Source: Octopus sinensis (taxonomy: Eukaryota). Taken from it: a DNA stretch of 64,000 bases. The translations under genes and the position numbers were made by a program. The DNA is taken from assembly GCF_006345805.1 (NCBI RefSeq), contig NC_042999.1, positions 151,776,001 through 151,840,000 on the forward strand. Reading direction: 5' to 3'. Shown piece by piece: positions 26,662 through 40,913 of the stretch; the first letter of the stretch is position 1; each line of letters starts with the position of its first letter. The notes under the pieces are model-generated. The model was given only the letters and a program-made list of their open reading frames with translations. It was not told the origin of the DNA and ran no database searches.

Positions 26662-27500
26662 CATAAATAGATACACATACATACATACATACATAGTTAT
26701 GTAGATATGTAGATATAGATATAATCTTATTTTTGTCATTAACTATTTTTGTTGTTAATGCTTTGTTACTTTTGGAAGATGGTGTGTGTTCTAATTGGGT
26801 TGTTTTTTATCAAGCAAGATTTATACCTCTGGGGAGTGTCTAAAAACTAATTAAATTATCACAGTCTTGTTAGAAATCCATTCAATATTATGAATGTTTG
26901 TAAACTGATGTTGACTCGGCAACTTGACATGGACTCAATAACTCGCCTGCAAATTTACATGTTCTCCTTTACTTTAAAATGTAATTAAAAAAAATAAACG
27001 CACATAATAACACCAAAAGAAACAAGCTGAGTGGATTCATTATTACATACGGTGTTTTGTTTTGAGTAAAATACTGGTGGCGCTTCTAGGCTTATAGATA
27101 GTTAGATACCACTAGAGGCAGACTTTTCTGTTGAACCAGCTTTAAGGTTTTTCAAATGTAGTTGGATGAGGAGCTGGGCTAGTATTTGTGAACTATAATT
27201 AAGTATTAATGAAAGTATTATTTGTAATTATCTTTACACAGTGGATTTCATCGATCCTAGAAATTGTTGTTATGTATCTTCTTTGCTTTGGATCTTTGGT
27301 TTGTAATCAGCTTTGTCAATTAAAAGAAAAAATATATAAAAAACTCAATGTGTAGCATCACTAAAGAGAGTAATACTGTTAGTAAATATAATAAACAGAT
27401 GATGGTGGTAAGGGCCTTCACTTTAAACTCATCTTTGTATAGTTTCTGACTCTCTTCAAATCTCAAATTACACTCCACCACCCACACACATTAGAATATT

Positions 27501-27729
27501 CTTTTCTACTCCAGGCACAAGGTTCGAAATTTTGGGGGTGTGGTGGTAGTGGTGGTGGGGCAGTTGATTAGATCAACCTCAGTACACAACTGGTACTCAA
27601 TTTATTGACCTCGAAAGGATGAAAGACGAAGTCAACCTCAGCTGAATTTGAACTCAGAACATAAAGACAAACGAAATACTGCTAAGTATTTCACCCGGCG
27701 TGCTAATGATACTGCCAGCTTGCTGCCTT
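27501..27729 (-). mobile_element. SINE family D with perfect 16-bp TSD
   Basis: TSD cacacattagaatatt at 27485-27500 and 27730-27745. Confidence 0.9.
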
Positions 27730-27852
27730 CACACATTAGAATATTGCTCTTGTATATAAAGCTGCATGGTTGCTACATATGATGTATATTTTAGATTGAA
27801 TTGACAAAGTTGTCAACATACTACAATCACTCATTGACACACTGTATCACTT

Positions 27853-27924
<72 letters not shown>
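27853..27924. repeat. (TAC)n microsatellite
   Basis: Direct reading. Confidence 0.97.
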
Positions 27925-27925
<1 letters not shown>

Positions 27926-28324
27926 GTTTTTGCTTTTCTGCACTTTTCCAACTGTGTACTCTTTGCTCCTACATCCACTCCTCTTCCTTTCACTGCCGTT
28001 ACTATGCCTTGCATCAATGATCTTATACTGATTCCCACCCTCACCCTAAATTGCAGGCACCTGGAACTCTTTCTATATCACCGCCTTAATATTGATCTGC
28101 ATTTCAGCCTTAATATCAACATCTGAGAAAGTATTATACAAAAAGTACTGATACTTCCTTTTTTCCTGTAATCATATAAACTGTTTAGCATTATGCAGTT
28201 CTATATTTTCAGATAATCCTTTTACAAATTAGGTCACAGGGAAAAAAATATCTTTCCTCGAATAGGATGTCAGTCTTTTAGAGGAAACTTTTCCAGTTAT
28301 CTTGGTACATATCTCCAATAGCAT

Positions 28325-28590
28325 CAGTATTGGTGCCACATAGAAAGCAGTGGTGATGGCACCTTGTAAAAAGTACTGGTGATGGTACTACATAAAAGCA
28401 CCAGTAATGGTGCCATGTATAAAGCGCCCAGTACACCCTGTAAACTGGTTGGCATTACGAAGGGTATCCAGCTGTAGAAACCATACCAAAATAGACAATG
28501 GAACCTGGAACGGTTTCCGGCATGCCAGCTCCTATTGAACTGTCCGACCCATGCCAGCATGGAAAGCAGACATTAAATAATGATGATAAT
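28325..28590 (+). mobile_element. Repeat family A copy
   Basis: 'gtacaccctgtaaactggttggcattacgaagggtatccagctgtagaaacc...cccatgccagcatggaaagcagacattaaataatgatgat'. Confidence 0.8.
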
Positions 28591-29864
28591 GGTGGTGGTG
28601 GTAGTGGTGGTGATGAACAGAAGCATGTAGAATAAAGTGATTTTGCCCAAATTCAACATAAAACATTTGCAATGGATGTGATCTCTTGAACCCTGAACTT
28701 GTAAGTCAATATTCTGTTCCCCTGGTGAATTTCTCTTTGCCTGGGTATTGTTAGGTGTGGTTGTGTGGTTTGGAAGCTTGCATCCCAAATAGATGGTTTT
28801 GGATCTCGTTCCATTGTGCAGCACCATGGTTGAGTGCCTTTAACAATAACTCCAAGCTGACCAAAGCCTTCTAAGTGAACTTGATGGATGGAAACTGAAA
28901 GAAGTTCATGTACATGTGCATGCGTGTGAGTATGTTTTTGTTTGTGTCTCCTTGTCTTGATGTCATGTGATAGTTGTAAGTAGACTGCTGGATCAGATAC
29001 CTTGTGGTATTTGTTCTAGTTCTTTACATTCTAAGTTCAAATCCTTCCATGACATACTTGCAGAGTAGACTTAATTTCCATTGTCCAATTTAGTACCATC
29101 ACCCAACACCTTGAGTGCCTTTAGCAGAGTCCTTTTTGTCACAAGTATTTTGGCCAGGTCTTCAGTATGATGATACCTCCCTTCTCCCCCCACCCCTACC
29201 AGTCATAGAAGTCCTATAAAGTATCACAGGCACTGGCCTACCCACTGACTAAAATGAAAAAAAAACCCCCAAAAACAGGCATGAGTGTATACTTAAAAAG
29301 CTCTCTTTGCAACTGCATAGTTTCTGGTACATAGTTTCTGGTTTCCTTAGCTTGGTACCTTGGGCAAGCAGCAAGCATCTTCTATAAACGTGGGTGATCA
29401 ATAGCTTGTTGTATATATATACATATTACTCAAAGAAATTCCAACTTTGATTTTCACATTTTATTTACAATCTTATAATAATATAAGATAATATGATATA
29501 ATGAAATGATAGAATATTAAATGTCTATTCTGATTGAACTAGTACTTTCATGCATTAAACTATGCAATCTTCAGGTCCATGTAGTAGTGGTGACAGTTAT
29601 GTTTTACAATTTACAACTGTAGTGAAATGGCTAAACTGTGTGCCTTAAATACATTTGTATAGGCTCCAGAATGTTAATTTTTGCTAACTGTATTCTGACG
29701 AATCAGTGTGTGGCTTTACCAAATTACTTAAGTTGATTGGTGTTTAGTTTAGGCGTCATGGTTTGTTGAATATGTCAAGAGACCTGTATTTTGACCCTGG
29801 CCAGGGATTTTTACATTTCAATCATCATCACCATTACCATCTCCTTTATTATTGTTGTCATTGA

Positions 29865-29922
<58 letters not shown>

Positions 29923-30025
29923 GGTGGTGGTGGTGATGGTGGTAGTGGTAGGAGTAGCTGTGGTAATAGAACTTTAAACCCCAAAATAAGATTATTTTTA
30001 CTGACTTTTCTCTTGACTTAGCTAG

Positions 30026-30372
30026 TATTTGGATCTTTTCGGTTTGAACGGCAGTTTTAACATAATTTCTAGATAATTTTCTTCAATTTCTGCAATTTCA
30101 ACCAATCAGTGACATCTATTGAGTTAAAAAGCATTCTGTGCCGTATGAATATGTCCCTCGTTTAAGAAACAGATTGGGTTTATTTACATTTGTGAAGAAA
30201 AAAAGATACCCTTCCTCCACCCCTAATCCTAACTCTAACCCTAACCCTAACTAACCCTAACCCTAAAAGAGATTGAAATGCAATAGATCGATTCTAGGGT
30301 CATAATTATGGGTGACAATTTTATATGACACCGCTAGAAAAAACTGCCATTCAAACCGAAAAGATCATAGTA
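30026..30372. mobile_element. MITE with ~30-bp TIRs and an internal telomere-like (CCCTAA)n tract
   Basis: TIRs gatcttttcggtttgaacggcagtttt / aaaactgccattcaaaccgaaaagatc; degenerate CCCTAA units at ~30221-30266. Confidence 0.8.
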
Positions 30373-30924
30373 TTTTCCTTCTATCATTATATATATATAT
30401 ATATTTATAAAAGAAAGAGATGACACCAGAAAAAACAAATGTTATGTAATGAACTTCATTAGCTTACAGTATCAGACTTATAAAGAATAAATGCTGGGGA
30501 TGATTTGGTTGACTAAACTCTTCAAGGTGGTGTCCCAGTATAGCCATTGTCCAATTTCTGAAACAAGTCAAAGAAGAAAAAGAACTCTACAAAAGAATAC
30601 ATAAATATAAACATCATCTGCATCAATATCATCGCTCTAGAAGCTTCTTACTTGAACAGACAATAACAAGCTTATGTAGGTTTGTGATTGTTGAGACAAC
30701 TAGTTTCATATTTGTGATAGCTGATTTGGTGTACTCTTTACCTATTCCATCATATAAGGTGTATAAATGAAGGGATCTGTTGTAAGAACGGAACTATTCC
30801 ATTAAGTTTAGAAAGGGGTGTAAGGTAGGTGAAAATGAATAAAGAAGAGTGAATAATCTGGTGAGTTAAAAGGAAGAGATGGAGAGAACATATGAGAGCT
30901 ACTAGGTAATAATATCAAATATCT

Positions 30925-30967
<43 letters not shown>

Positions 30968-31050
30968 ATGTATGTATATATATATATGTATATATATGTA
31001 TATATATGTATGTATATATATATATGTATATATATGTATATATATGTATG

Positions 31051-31082
<32 letters not shown>

Positions 31083-31146
31083 TTTTATAAGTTATCTTAC
31101 CGTTTTTACCAATATATATATATATAAAATATAACTAAGACTATGC

Positions 31147-31181
<35 letters not shown>

Positions 31182-31272
31182 CAACAACAACAACAATAAT
31201 AATAATTGTTGTAAACTTAAGGTGTTGGTAAACAAGTGAGTAGACAAAGAACAAACAGATGTGTGTGTGTGT

Positions 31273-31324
<52 letters not shown>

Positions 31325-33279
31325 TGTGTGTGAGAGAGAGAGAGAGATAGAGATGTGTGTGTGGCTAAGAAAAGATGACGAATTTCTTGAAAAGAGGATA
31401 CTAAAGAAGAGTTGTTAAAATGAATTACTGGCTTAGATCTGAAACAAGAATTTAAAGATGAAACAATGAAAAACATTTTATTTTGTTTTATCTTATTTTA
31501 TTTTTTTATTTGTTTCTTTATTTTGTCATTGGTGTGAATCTAAAAGAGCTTCATTTTTAAAAAAAAATTCTTTGCTTTCTTCTTTAGAATATATAACTCC
31601 TGATAGCAGCACCATAACGTGACAAACAGAAATACAAATGGATTTTCACTTTATTTATATATATTAGTTTATTTATCTATATGTGTTTATTTATTTATAT
31701 GTGTTTATTTATTCATATATATTTATTTATACATATTTTTATTTTCATTGCACGAATACACATTCAAAAAATACTCTGATTGCCAATAAAATTCTCATGT
31801 CTCTCTCTAGAATGTCAAGTTTATTGGTTGCTATGGTGTAATAACTTGATAGATCTTCCCTGTTCCCCTAGCTTTTTTTTCTTTACAACCAAAACAAGTT
31901 GCACATTTGCATGTGTGTATGTGTGTATGCATGCATGTGTTTGAATGTGAGTGCATCTATGTGCATGTGTGTGTGTGTGTGGCTGGATCCCTATTTTTAC
32001 TCCTAGGTTGCCCTGACAACAGGTTATAGAGCCTTTGAGTCATAGCTAGGCTCTTCAATGCAAACGGATCTGTTTTGCTAATCGAATCACCTTGTTAGAA
32101 TAGCCTGCTTTATTTGTTCCCACTTATCAAGCCTTTTACATTATCATTTTACTCAACAGGTCATCTGCTGAAGATTTGACAGCACTGTACAAATATCTAT
32201 GTGTGTAAGTGTATATAAATGCAAGAATATGCTTGTGTGTGTTTCTGTATGTGTCTCTGTATGTGTCTCTGTGTTTCTATTGGGAGAACAGTATTTTTCT
32301 CCTTTGCCTCCTTTCTCAAAGCTTCTATGATTTGCGAACAACATACATGTTTGAGTAATGTAGTATTTAATGTTTCATGTCTAAATATATAGTTGTTTGG
32401 TTGTTTGCTGTGAAATTTATTACTCACGTGTCTTCCTTTTCTGTTGGTGAATTAGATATCTCTTGTGTATGGATGTGTACATATACCATATGTGTATATG
32501 TGTTTGTGTGTGTACACACACACATATATTTACACACACACATATATATATTTACACACACACACACACATAACTCACATATACACATATGTATATTGAA
32601 AATTCATTTCTTAAATTTTTGTTTTGTATTTCATCAGATGGACTTATATATGTACATATTGTGTGTGTGCATGTGTGAGTGTGCATGTGTGTATGTGCAT
32701 ATGTGTGTGTGTGTGTGTGTATGTGTGTGTGTGTGTGTGTACTACATATTAACATATATGTGATGTGTGTGTGTACACAAACCTATGTATTGTTTCAACT
32801 CTATGTCCACCTTAAAAATCATAAAAATAGTTGTAATAAGTCTTCAGCTCTGAACATAGGTATTAAAGTATAAAAAAGAAAATTAATGATATATATATAA
32901 ATATAAAAATAATTTAATTTATAGCAAATATAAAAGCAACAAAAGAACTAAACAACTATTCACTTTGTGAACTTTTATATTCCAAATGGTTAAATTTTTT
33001 TAAATGTGTACATTTTTTATTGTTAATAAATTTAGATTAATATTGATTTTTAAAAAGATTTTTGTGAGTGAAGATGGCCAAGTCAATGAGTGGAGAACAA
33101 CTATGGCAAAGGTTCTGGGCATTTTCTCCTGTTACAAGAATTGGTTTTTGTCTATGGTTAACACACTTAACTCTGTAATAGGAGAATACACTAACCTATA
33201 AGTAGGTGAAGCTGGCTAGTAGCCACAAGTCATCACTCTGTAAAGGGGCAGTTCTAAAAAATTGATGGTAAGTAGATTG

Positions 33280-33585
33280 CTTCCTAACAGTCCAACTATG
33301 TGGTGCCTTGGGCAAATGTCTTCTACTTTAGCCCTGGGCCAACTATAGCCTTGCGAGTGGATTTGGTAGACAAACTGAAAGAAGCCCATCGTATATATAT
33401 ATATATATATATACATATAGGCACAGGAGTGACTGTGTTAAGTAGATTGCTTACCAACCACATGGTTCCAGATTCAGTCATACTGCATGGCACCTTGGGC
33501 AAGCCTCTTCTATTTTAGCCTTGGGCTAACCAAAGCCTTGTGAGTGGATTTGGTAGCTGGAAACTGAAAGAAGCCTGTCGTATAC
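33280..33585 (+). mobile_element. Two tandem SINE B heads
   Basis: Repeated 'ccttgggcaa...gccttg(c/t)gagtggatttggtag...aaactgaaagaagcc'. Confidence 0.85.
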
Positions 33586-34814
33586 ATACAGATATGGAAA
33601 TATTTTACTCTCAAATGCATAATAATAATGCTGAATAGTTTATGCTATTCAGCATTATTATGTTTTTGAGAGTAAAGATCGACCCCAGTATACACAACTG
33701 GTACTTAATTTATTGACCCCGAAAGGATGAAAGGTAAAGTCAACCTCACTAGAATTGGAACTCAGACCAGAAAGACAGACGAAATACCGCTAAGCATTTT
33801 GCCTGGCATGCTAATGTTTCTGCCAGCTCACCACCTTAAAAACACTTTATCTTGCCACTGCTCCGCTAATTGCCCTTCTGTGTATTTTTCCTATTTTTTT
33901 AAAGTTGGTTTTTGATATATTTTAGGGCAGTGAATAAGCAGAAAGAGACATTTTCTACTCAATCATTTACAATTTTTTAGTTTTGTCTCTGTGGGCTCCT
34001 GAACAAATGTATTACAAATCAACTTTACTTCTGAATCTTTAGGGCTTTAGGAATATACTTCATTAAATATAATTAATGTATCCATTTCCCTACAAAAATT
34101 GTTCTTGTACCACATCAAAATAATGAAGATTTACTTTGCTTTATATAGAAATATTTGTTCCAGAATTTTTTCATTTGAAACATATGTTAATGTGACTAAA
34201 GTACCATCACCTAACCTGCACTTGTTTCATCCAAGCAGTTAATGAACTCTAATTCATATTTATCATCAACTACTCTTCTGCTTTTGTTCCCCATTCACTA
34301 CATTCACTCCAACACTACCCACCTCTAATCATCCCTCAATCTCCCCACACACTCTTACAACCTCTACCCACTCTCTCTTCTGTTCACTGTCATGTAACCT
34401 AAAGGCTCACCCTGATACCTTGAAACCACCATCTTTATCTCTCTTTCTACCACCACTCTAATTACTCCTATATAATGCAGAGTAGTCTTGTATCTCCTCT
34501 GCAGCAAGAAACCTGTTACTTTCTATTCTTTCCTCAATGTGTAGCACAAAGCCCCCTCCTTCCCTACTTTACTTCCACTCAGCCAAGAGTGATGTTAGTC
34601 TTGCAAGCTAAATTGCAACTTCAGTAGTGCTGGTACCATGAAAATAAAAAGCACCCAGTAAACTCTGTAAAGTGGTTGGCATTAGGAAGAGCATCTAGCT
34701 ATAGAAGTCATGCTAAAGCAGACACTGGAGAACAATGCAGTCTTACAACTCATCAGATCCTGCCAGCATGGAAGATGGATGTTAAATTAGGATGAGGATA
34801 ATGATGAAAAGAGA

Positions 34815-34992
34815 TGATGAGTGATGGCTAGAATATTGAGCAAGTGGGGCCTCATATCAGCACAATGATGCCACCAAGAGGTAGGCCCTGGAATGGCTCG
34901 CATTCTTTCCTGATGACTCCATACACTTGCTGGTTTCTGGTATGTGGAGCTTTCAACTGGCAGCACTTGCATGTGCAAGTTCTTTGCAAAAC
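34815..34992 (-). mobile_element. Dispersed coding-like fragment, probably a non-LTR retroelement remnant (family unassigned); second copy at ~63090-63232
   Basis: Both copies translate similarly: CFAKNLHMQVLPVESSTYQKPASVWSHQERM vs CFANKLHMQVLPLKSSAYQKLASVWDQQERM. Confidence 0.55.
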
Positions 34993-36354
34993 ATAGAAGC
35001 CATGCTAAAGCAGACATTGGAGCACAATGCATTCTTGCAACTCATCAGATCTGCTAAGCTGGCCAACCCATGCCAGCATGGAAGATGGATGTTAAATTAG
35101 GATGAAGATAATGATGATAATGTTGTGTATTGTTAATTGCTGAAATATGGGTGGAGACAAATTATAATGAAAACTCTAGCAGTTCCCTTACTAGTGTGCA
35201 ACAGAGAAAGAAACAAAATAAAGAAAAAAGGATATCACTAGACTTGAAGCAAAATAAGTTATATTGTGGCTGATATTTTTTCACTTGTGAGAATTTTGTT
35301 AAACATTTTTGAATTTGTGATGAAAAATATGAATAATAAAAAGTAATAATATTAATAATAGCAAAATTTTTAAAATGTTTTAGTTATTTAAGAATTTGTA
35401 AAATGACAAAGAAAAAAAATAATAATGCCCCTATTTTTAAGTAAGATTTCTCATTGAATAAAATTTTAAGATTTTATTTTAAAAAGAAAAAAAGCTGATG
35501 CAAAGATGTTCTAATGTGATAAGGAAGTACATAAAGAAATTGGTTGATGATAAACATTAACAATAAGAAAAACAAAAGTGATGGTTTGGGGAGGGCTACA
35601 CATATGAGCAGCTGACATCTGCTATGTAGAGTAAATACCAATGTATGGAGGAATAATAAAAATAGTAGTAGTAGTAGTAGCAAATCATTTAATTAAAAAT
35701 TTTTTTTTGTTCTGAGTTTTTAGCATATTTAGCATTACTAACATATATAGGCCCTTTAGATAAAATGTTGAACTTTGAGGTTAGATAACAATATCTGGCC
35801 TATTAGCCTTGATCACACTATTTTTTAAATGCATTTTGTACATTATTGGTGTTGCCTTGTGGTTAAGAAGTGTGATCTCCTGCCCCATGGCACCTTGGAC
35901 AAGTGACTTTTACTGTAGTCTTCAGCTGGCCAATGTCTTATGAGTAGAATTTAGGTGACAGATACTGTACTGAAACCTGTTGTGTATATATTGTCATCAT
36001 TGTCATCGTTGTCATCATCATCATCATTGCTGTCATCATTGTCATTACCGTCATTGTTGTTGGCATCATCATCATTATCTTTTAATGTCCATCTTCCATG
36101 CTAGCATAGGTTGAATGGTTTGACATGGTCTGAAGAGTCTCAAAGAGCATGTATTTCTATATACAGATATGTGTGTGTGTGTGTAGGTGCAAGCATGGCT
36201 TTGTGGTCAAGAAGCTTATTATCAAACTATGTGGCTTTTGGGTCAGTCCCACTGCATGGCATTTCCAGCAAGTGTCTTCCTCTAAAACTTTGTGAGTAGA
36301 TTTGGTAGATGGAAACTGAATGAATCCCATTGTGTGTGTGTGTCTTTCTTTATC

Positions 36355-36680
36355 TTTTTATCTTTTACTTGTTTCAGTCATTTGACTGCGGCCATGCTGG
36401 AGCACCACCTTTAGTCGAGCAAATCGACACCGGGACTTATTCTTTGTAAGCCCAGTACTTATTCTATCGGTCTCTTTTGCCGAACCGCTAAGTGATGGGG
36501 ACGTAAACACACCAGCATCGGTTGTCAAGCAATGCTAGGGGGACAAACACACAAACACACACACATACACACACACATATATATATATACATATATACGA
36601 CAGGCTTCTTTCAGTTTCCGTCTACCAAATCCACTCACAAGGCATTGGTCGGCCCGGGGCTATAGCAGAAGACACTTGTG
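36355..36680 (-). mobile_element. Composite SINE B/C, low divergence, CpGs retained
   Basis: Closely matches the reverse complement of 11581-11997. Confidence 0.9.
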
Positions 36681-37798
36681 TATGGACTTTATTGACTTTT
36701 TTTATGGTTTAGTCCAAAGGGGAAACACATGACTCCTTTTAGGGCCTCCAAAACTGGTGGGCAGGGAAGTGAGGAAGTTATCCTCAGACTGGAAACCTTA
36801 CCTGAATGTTTACAACCGAGTAGACTACACTAAAAACACTTAAGAGCCAGGTGATGGTATTAAACCAGGGATTTTAAATTTACTTCTATGTTTTCAATTA
36901 GGGAGACACTCACCTCTATGATCTTACTGTCAAATCAGATATTCCTTAAATGTAGTATAAGAGTAGCTGTTGGTTTCATTTCCTGATTGATGCCATTCCA
37001 ATTTACTTGTTTACATATGTAATGTTATTATAATTTGTGAAAGATATACATGTCACAGCATTGTATTCCCTTACAGAATCACTTACAATGTATTACAGTG
37101 TTGCCTTACAAAATATCAATCATGTAATTTAAGTAGATCATAGGCACAGAAATGGATCTGTGATTAGCTTTTATCTTTTACTTGTTTCAGTCATTAGACT
37201 GTGGCCATGCTGAGGCACTGCCTTGACAGGTCCTCTTCAAATGAATTGACTCCAGCATTTATTCTTTTGAAGCCTGGTATTTATTATATAGGTTTCCTTT
37301 TGCCAAACTACTAAGTGGATTACTCTCACACACTCACACACACACATGCACACATACTCACACAAACACACACACACCTATCCACAGAGCGATTCAGCTG
37401 TTGTTTACTTTTAGTTATAAAACTGGATCTAAGCATTGGTTCCCAAGGGCCTTATGGGAGCCTAGTAGTTATTTAATAGAACTAAAGTAATGTGGGAATG
37501 TATTGCAAATAAATGGTGAGAATAGACTTCATGATTATGCAGTTTGAGCCAAGAGAATGTTGACTGGGAACAAGAGCGGATAAGATGAGCAAATTAACTA
37601 AAGAGAATTTACAATAGATGGTGGCACATAAATCAAAGAGCTGTGTCTGATTTATGCTGACATTTAAAATAAATGTTCAGACATTGATGGTGATGATGAT
37701 CGGCGTGGAACTAATGGAAGGTGGTAGTGACGGTGGTGGTGGCAGCTGCATTGTTGTTGTTGCTGTTGGTGGTGGTGGTGGTGGTGGTGGCGGTGTTG

Positions 37799-37830
<32 letters not shown>

Positions 37831-38368
37831 GGTGGTTGTGGTTCATGCAAGGACGATGATTTCTGAGATAACGTTTATTTATAATCATTCACATCACTTA
37901 GTTTCTTCTTAGTTTCTTCTATCAAACATGCTCTAGAAATGATTAAGAAATCATTCAGTCGTACATACACACAGACATTCCAAAAATATATGCAAAGAAA
38001 CATAAAGGTCCACCATCATTGACGATAATGGTTTTAAATGTCACACTGTCTGGTAATTGGTCTCTGTCTAGCTTTGTACTGGATAATTTAGTAGAAAGTC
38101 TGTAGTTTCTTAAAATCTCTGGCGCTGCACACTCTAAGACTGTTTACTATTGCTTTTTTTTTCTTCCCACTTTAACTAATTGTTTTATAAATCAAATGAT
38201 TAAAACTAAACACACTAAAATAAATAATAAAATGCAGAAGCCATATTCAAGCTTAAATTTTGTGATAATCCTATTAAAATGAAATTGAATAATTTATAAA
38301 CTATTCTATCACATTTCATGTAATTTTATACCAGAAGGTTTTGTGGTTTCCAAAATATAAAATAATTT

Positions 38369-38468
38369 TACATTATTTACATTCGACGGATATTCGTCTT
38401 CATCTTATTTGAATGTAAATAATGTAAATAATGTACATAATTCCTCATCTCTTAAATATAGAACTGTA
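38369..38468. mobile_element. Palindromic MITE remnant
   Basis: Inverted repeat tacattatttacattc (38369-84) / gaatgtaaataatgta (38411-26), followed by a TIR-like end '...cttaaatatagaactgta'. Confidence 0.55.
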
Positions 38469-38855
38469 AAATAATTTTAACTAACGAGTTTAAAATGTAA
38501 CAAGTATTTGTTCTGCTGGAAAGTTTCTTTTGTTTTAATTTTATATCTTAAAGTTTATTCTGTTTTAATTCATATTTTATTTAAATTTTATATTTTCATT
38601 TTTCTCGTCACATGTCAGTATTATTTCTGCTAGGAAGTTTCACAGTTTTTACAAATTGGTTGAGCATAACTTTTCTTCCATGGATAGGAAGTTAGTGTAT
38701 TGTAGAGTTTTATCATTTCAGCGACTGAATCTAAAGTTATACTGGGAAGTTATTAAAGTTCTGGAGTTAAGTCCTATCCATGATTGGCTTGCTTTCCTCC
38801 TTCAAATGTTCATTGAATTATAATACAATTTTGACTTAGCTAAGACTGAGAGTGT

Positions 38856-38902
38856 TTGTCACTGAAGAGACCAATTCAGGTTAAAACACTGGTGTCTGAT
38901 AA
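38856..38902 (+). ncRNA. Degenerate type-I hammerhead ribozyme motif (G12 mutated)
   Basis: TTGTCA-CTGAAGA-GACC aattca GGTT-AAAA-CAC TG GTG-TC-TGATAA. Stems I, II and III all pair; GUC triplet; GAAA has become AAAA. Confidence 0.65.
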
Positions 38903-40913
38903 TCTGCCAGAAACATACTGAGAAAGCTCTGCATTTTTTAAAACAAATCTCTTTTGAGAGGTGTCTTTCATACAAGTCTTATGTCTGCTACCTTTCTACA
39001 TTTGTATATACATTATAAATGTTATATAATTATACGAGTAATACAATATATTTTAGTGAAATTTTGAAAAATAATTGCGAATATTAAGTTCAAAACTCTG
39101 ATAAAAATGTACAGTTGACTATTAATACTAGGCCCAATGAATTCTTCACTCACAATTACTAGTTTGTATCTAAAATAGAAACAATTATTATTATCGTAAT
39201 CCAACCAGCCCCACCACAATCATCACTGCCATCATTATCGTGATATTGCCTTTAATATCATTATATCAACAACAGTGTTGATATTAATATCAGTGTCACT
39301 GATGAATGCTACTCCATCACAATCACCAACAAAAACGATTGAAGTAATAAACAGGAACTTGAAAATTTGGTAACTCTGCTTGCTTCTCTGGCAGCTCTTT
39401 TTCCTCAGGCAAGAAGTCGGTTTCATAAAGGAAAGGAAATGGTAGTTTTTTTCAAAATAAGTGAAGTGGCTCCAACTTTGGTTACTGGCGCCGTGTTTGC
39501 CTACTTGATTCACTGAGTAGGTATCATACTGTGCCACATATTCATTCTATGTTCTTAAAATCACTGTTGGAAGAGTCCAGTGTTCCACAAAAGGTTTTAA
39601 TAACATCCGTCAACTTATTGAAATAAGCAAGCAATAAATTAAATTAAGCTTTGAAAATGAGTTTCAACTCGACCTTCTTAATGTCTGTAAAACAGAGATA
39701 ACAACAGAATAGAATGTGGATATAATTTAGTAATAGTGATTGTGATAAGATTTCTTGTGTTAGATGTGCCATATATAGCAATGAAATATGGTTATTGCTG
39801 TAGGAAGACACACAAAGATTAGAAGAATCAACTGGATGTTTCCTCAATTGAATATACGAAATTGTCTGTGAATGGATGAATGGAAGATGTTTAGGTTTAT
39901 GGTGCCTCACTTGGTGCATGAGTAAGAATTGACTTTGGCGTTCCAAAATGTGATAAAAATGCATTGAATAGATGGAAGTATATTCTTTGAAAGCTGATTT
40001 CAGACGTGAGGAATAATAGTGGGGAAGGCATTGAACTCAAGTAAAGGATCAGACCTTTGAACTTAATAGACAGATTGACCCAAACCAGTTCAGACAAGTG
40101 GTAAAAGGATAATATACTATACAGGCTTATGGAAGATGAATAAAAATGACTTTGCATGTATTGATGATGACAAAAGGTTCTGTTCTCTGTAATATATTAA
40201 CATGATGCTGAAGCTTTTCTAAACTGTTGACTCATCATATGTGTATTTATCTTCTGAGAGTTTCCATATAACTATTATTTGATCACACTGTCTAGATCAG
40301 AGTATGTCGATATTTTGGATTGGTGTAGGCTACTTCAGAGTGGTGGCATAAGCAAGTAACAAGTAAATACAACTTGCAATATATTATCATCATCATTATC
40401 ATCTTCATTACCATCATCATCATCATCATCATCACCATCATCATCATTTTAAAATCTATTTTTCCTGAGTTAGATGGTTTGACAGGAGCTGGTGAGCCAG
40501 AGGAGTGTATCATGTTCCAATGAATGCTTCAGCATAATTTCTACCACTGGATTCCCTTCCTAACACCAAATATATATATATAGTTATGTGTGTGGTGGGG
40601 GAACATAGCTTAGAGGTTAGGGTATTGCACTCACGATTGCTAGACTATGATTTCAAATCCTAGACCGAGACATGCATTTTGTTTTGAGCAAAACACTTCC
40701 TCCCATGTTATTCTGTGATCATTTCAACACTTGTCATGTGGTATACCATGCACCTGTTCAGACAATGTTGATTCGATGGAGAGAGTGAGCTAATGTGTAA
40801 GCATGAACATTTGATCACTATAAACGTATCCTCTGTGAAGTTCGTTCAGTAAAAGCTGAACTCTCATACGACATCTTTGATGGGAGAGTCCATCATATAT
40901 ATATATATACACA

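Noticed and set aside
36790-36920. Two strong minus-strand donor sites (CAG|GTAAGG, GAG|GTGAGT) ~110 bp apart
   Set aside because: Upstream segments are tiny or contain stops in all frames; no coherent coding exon.
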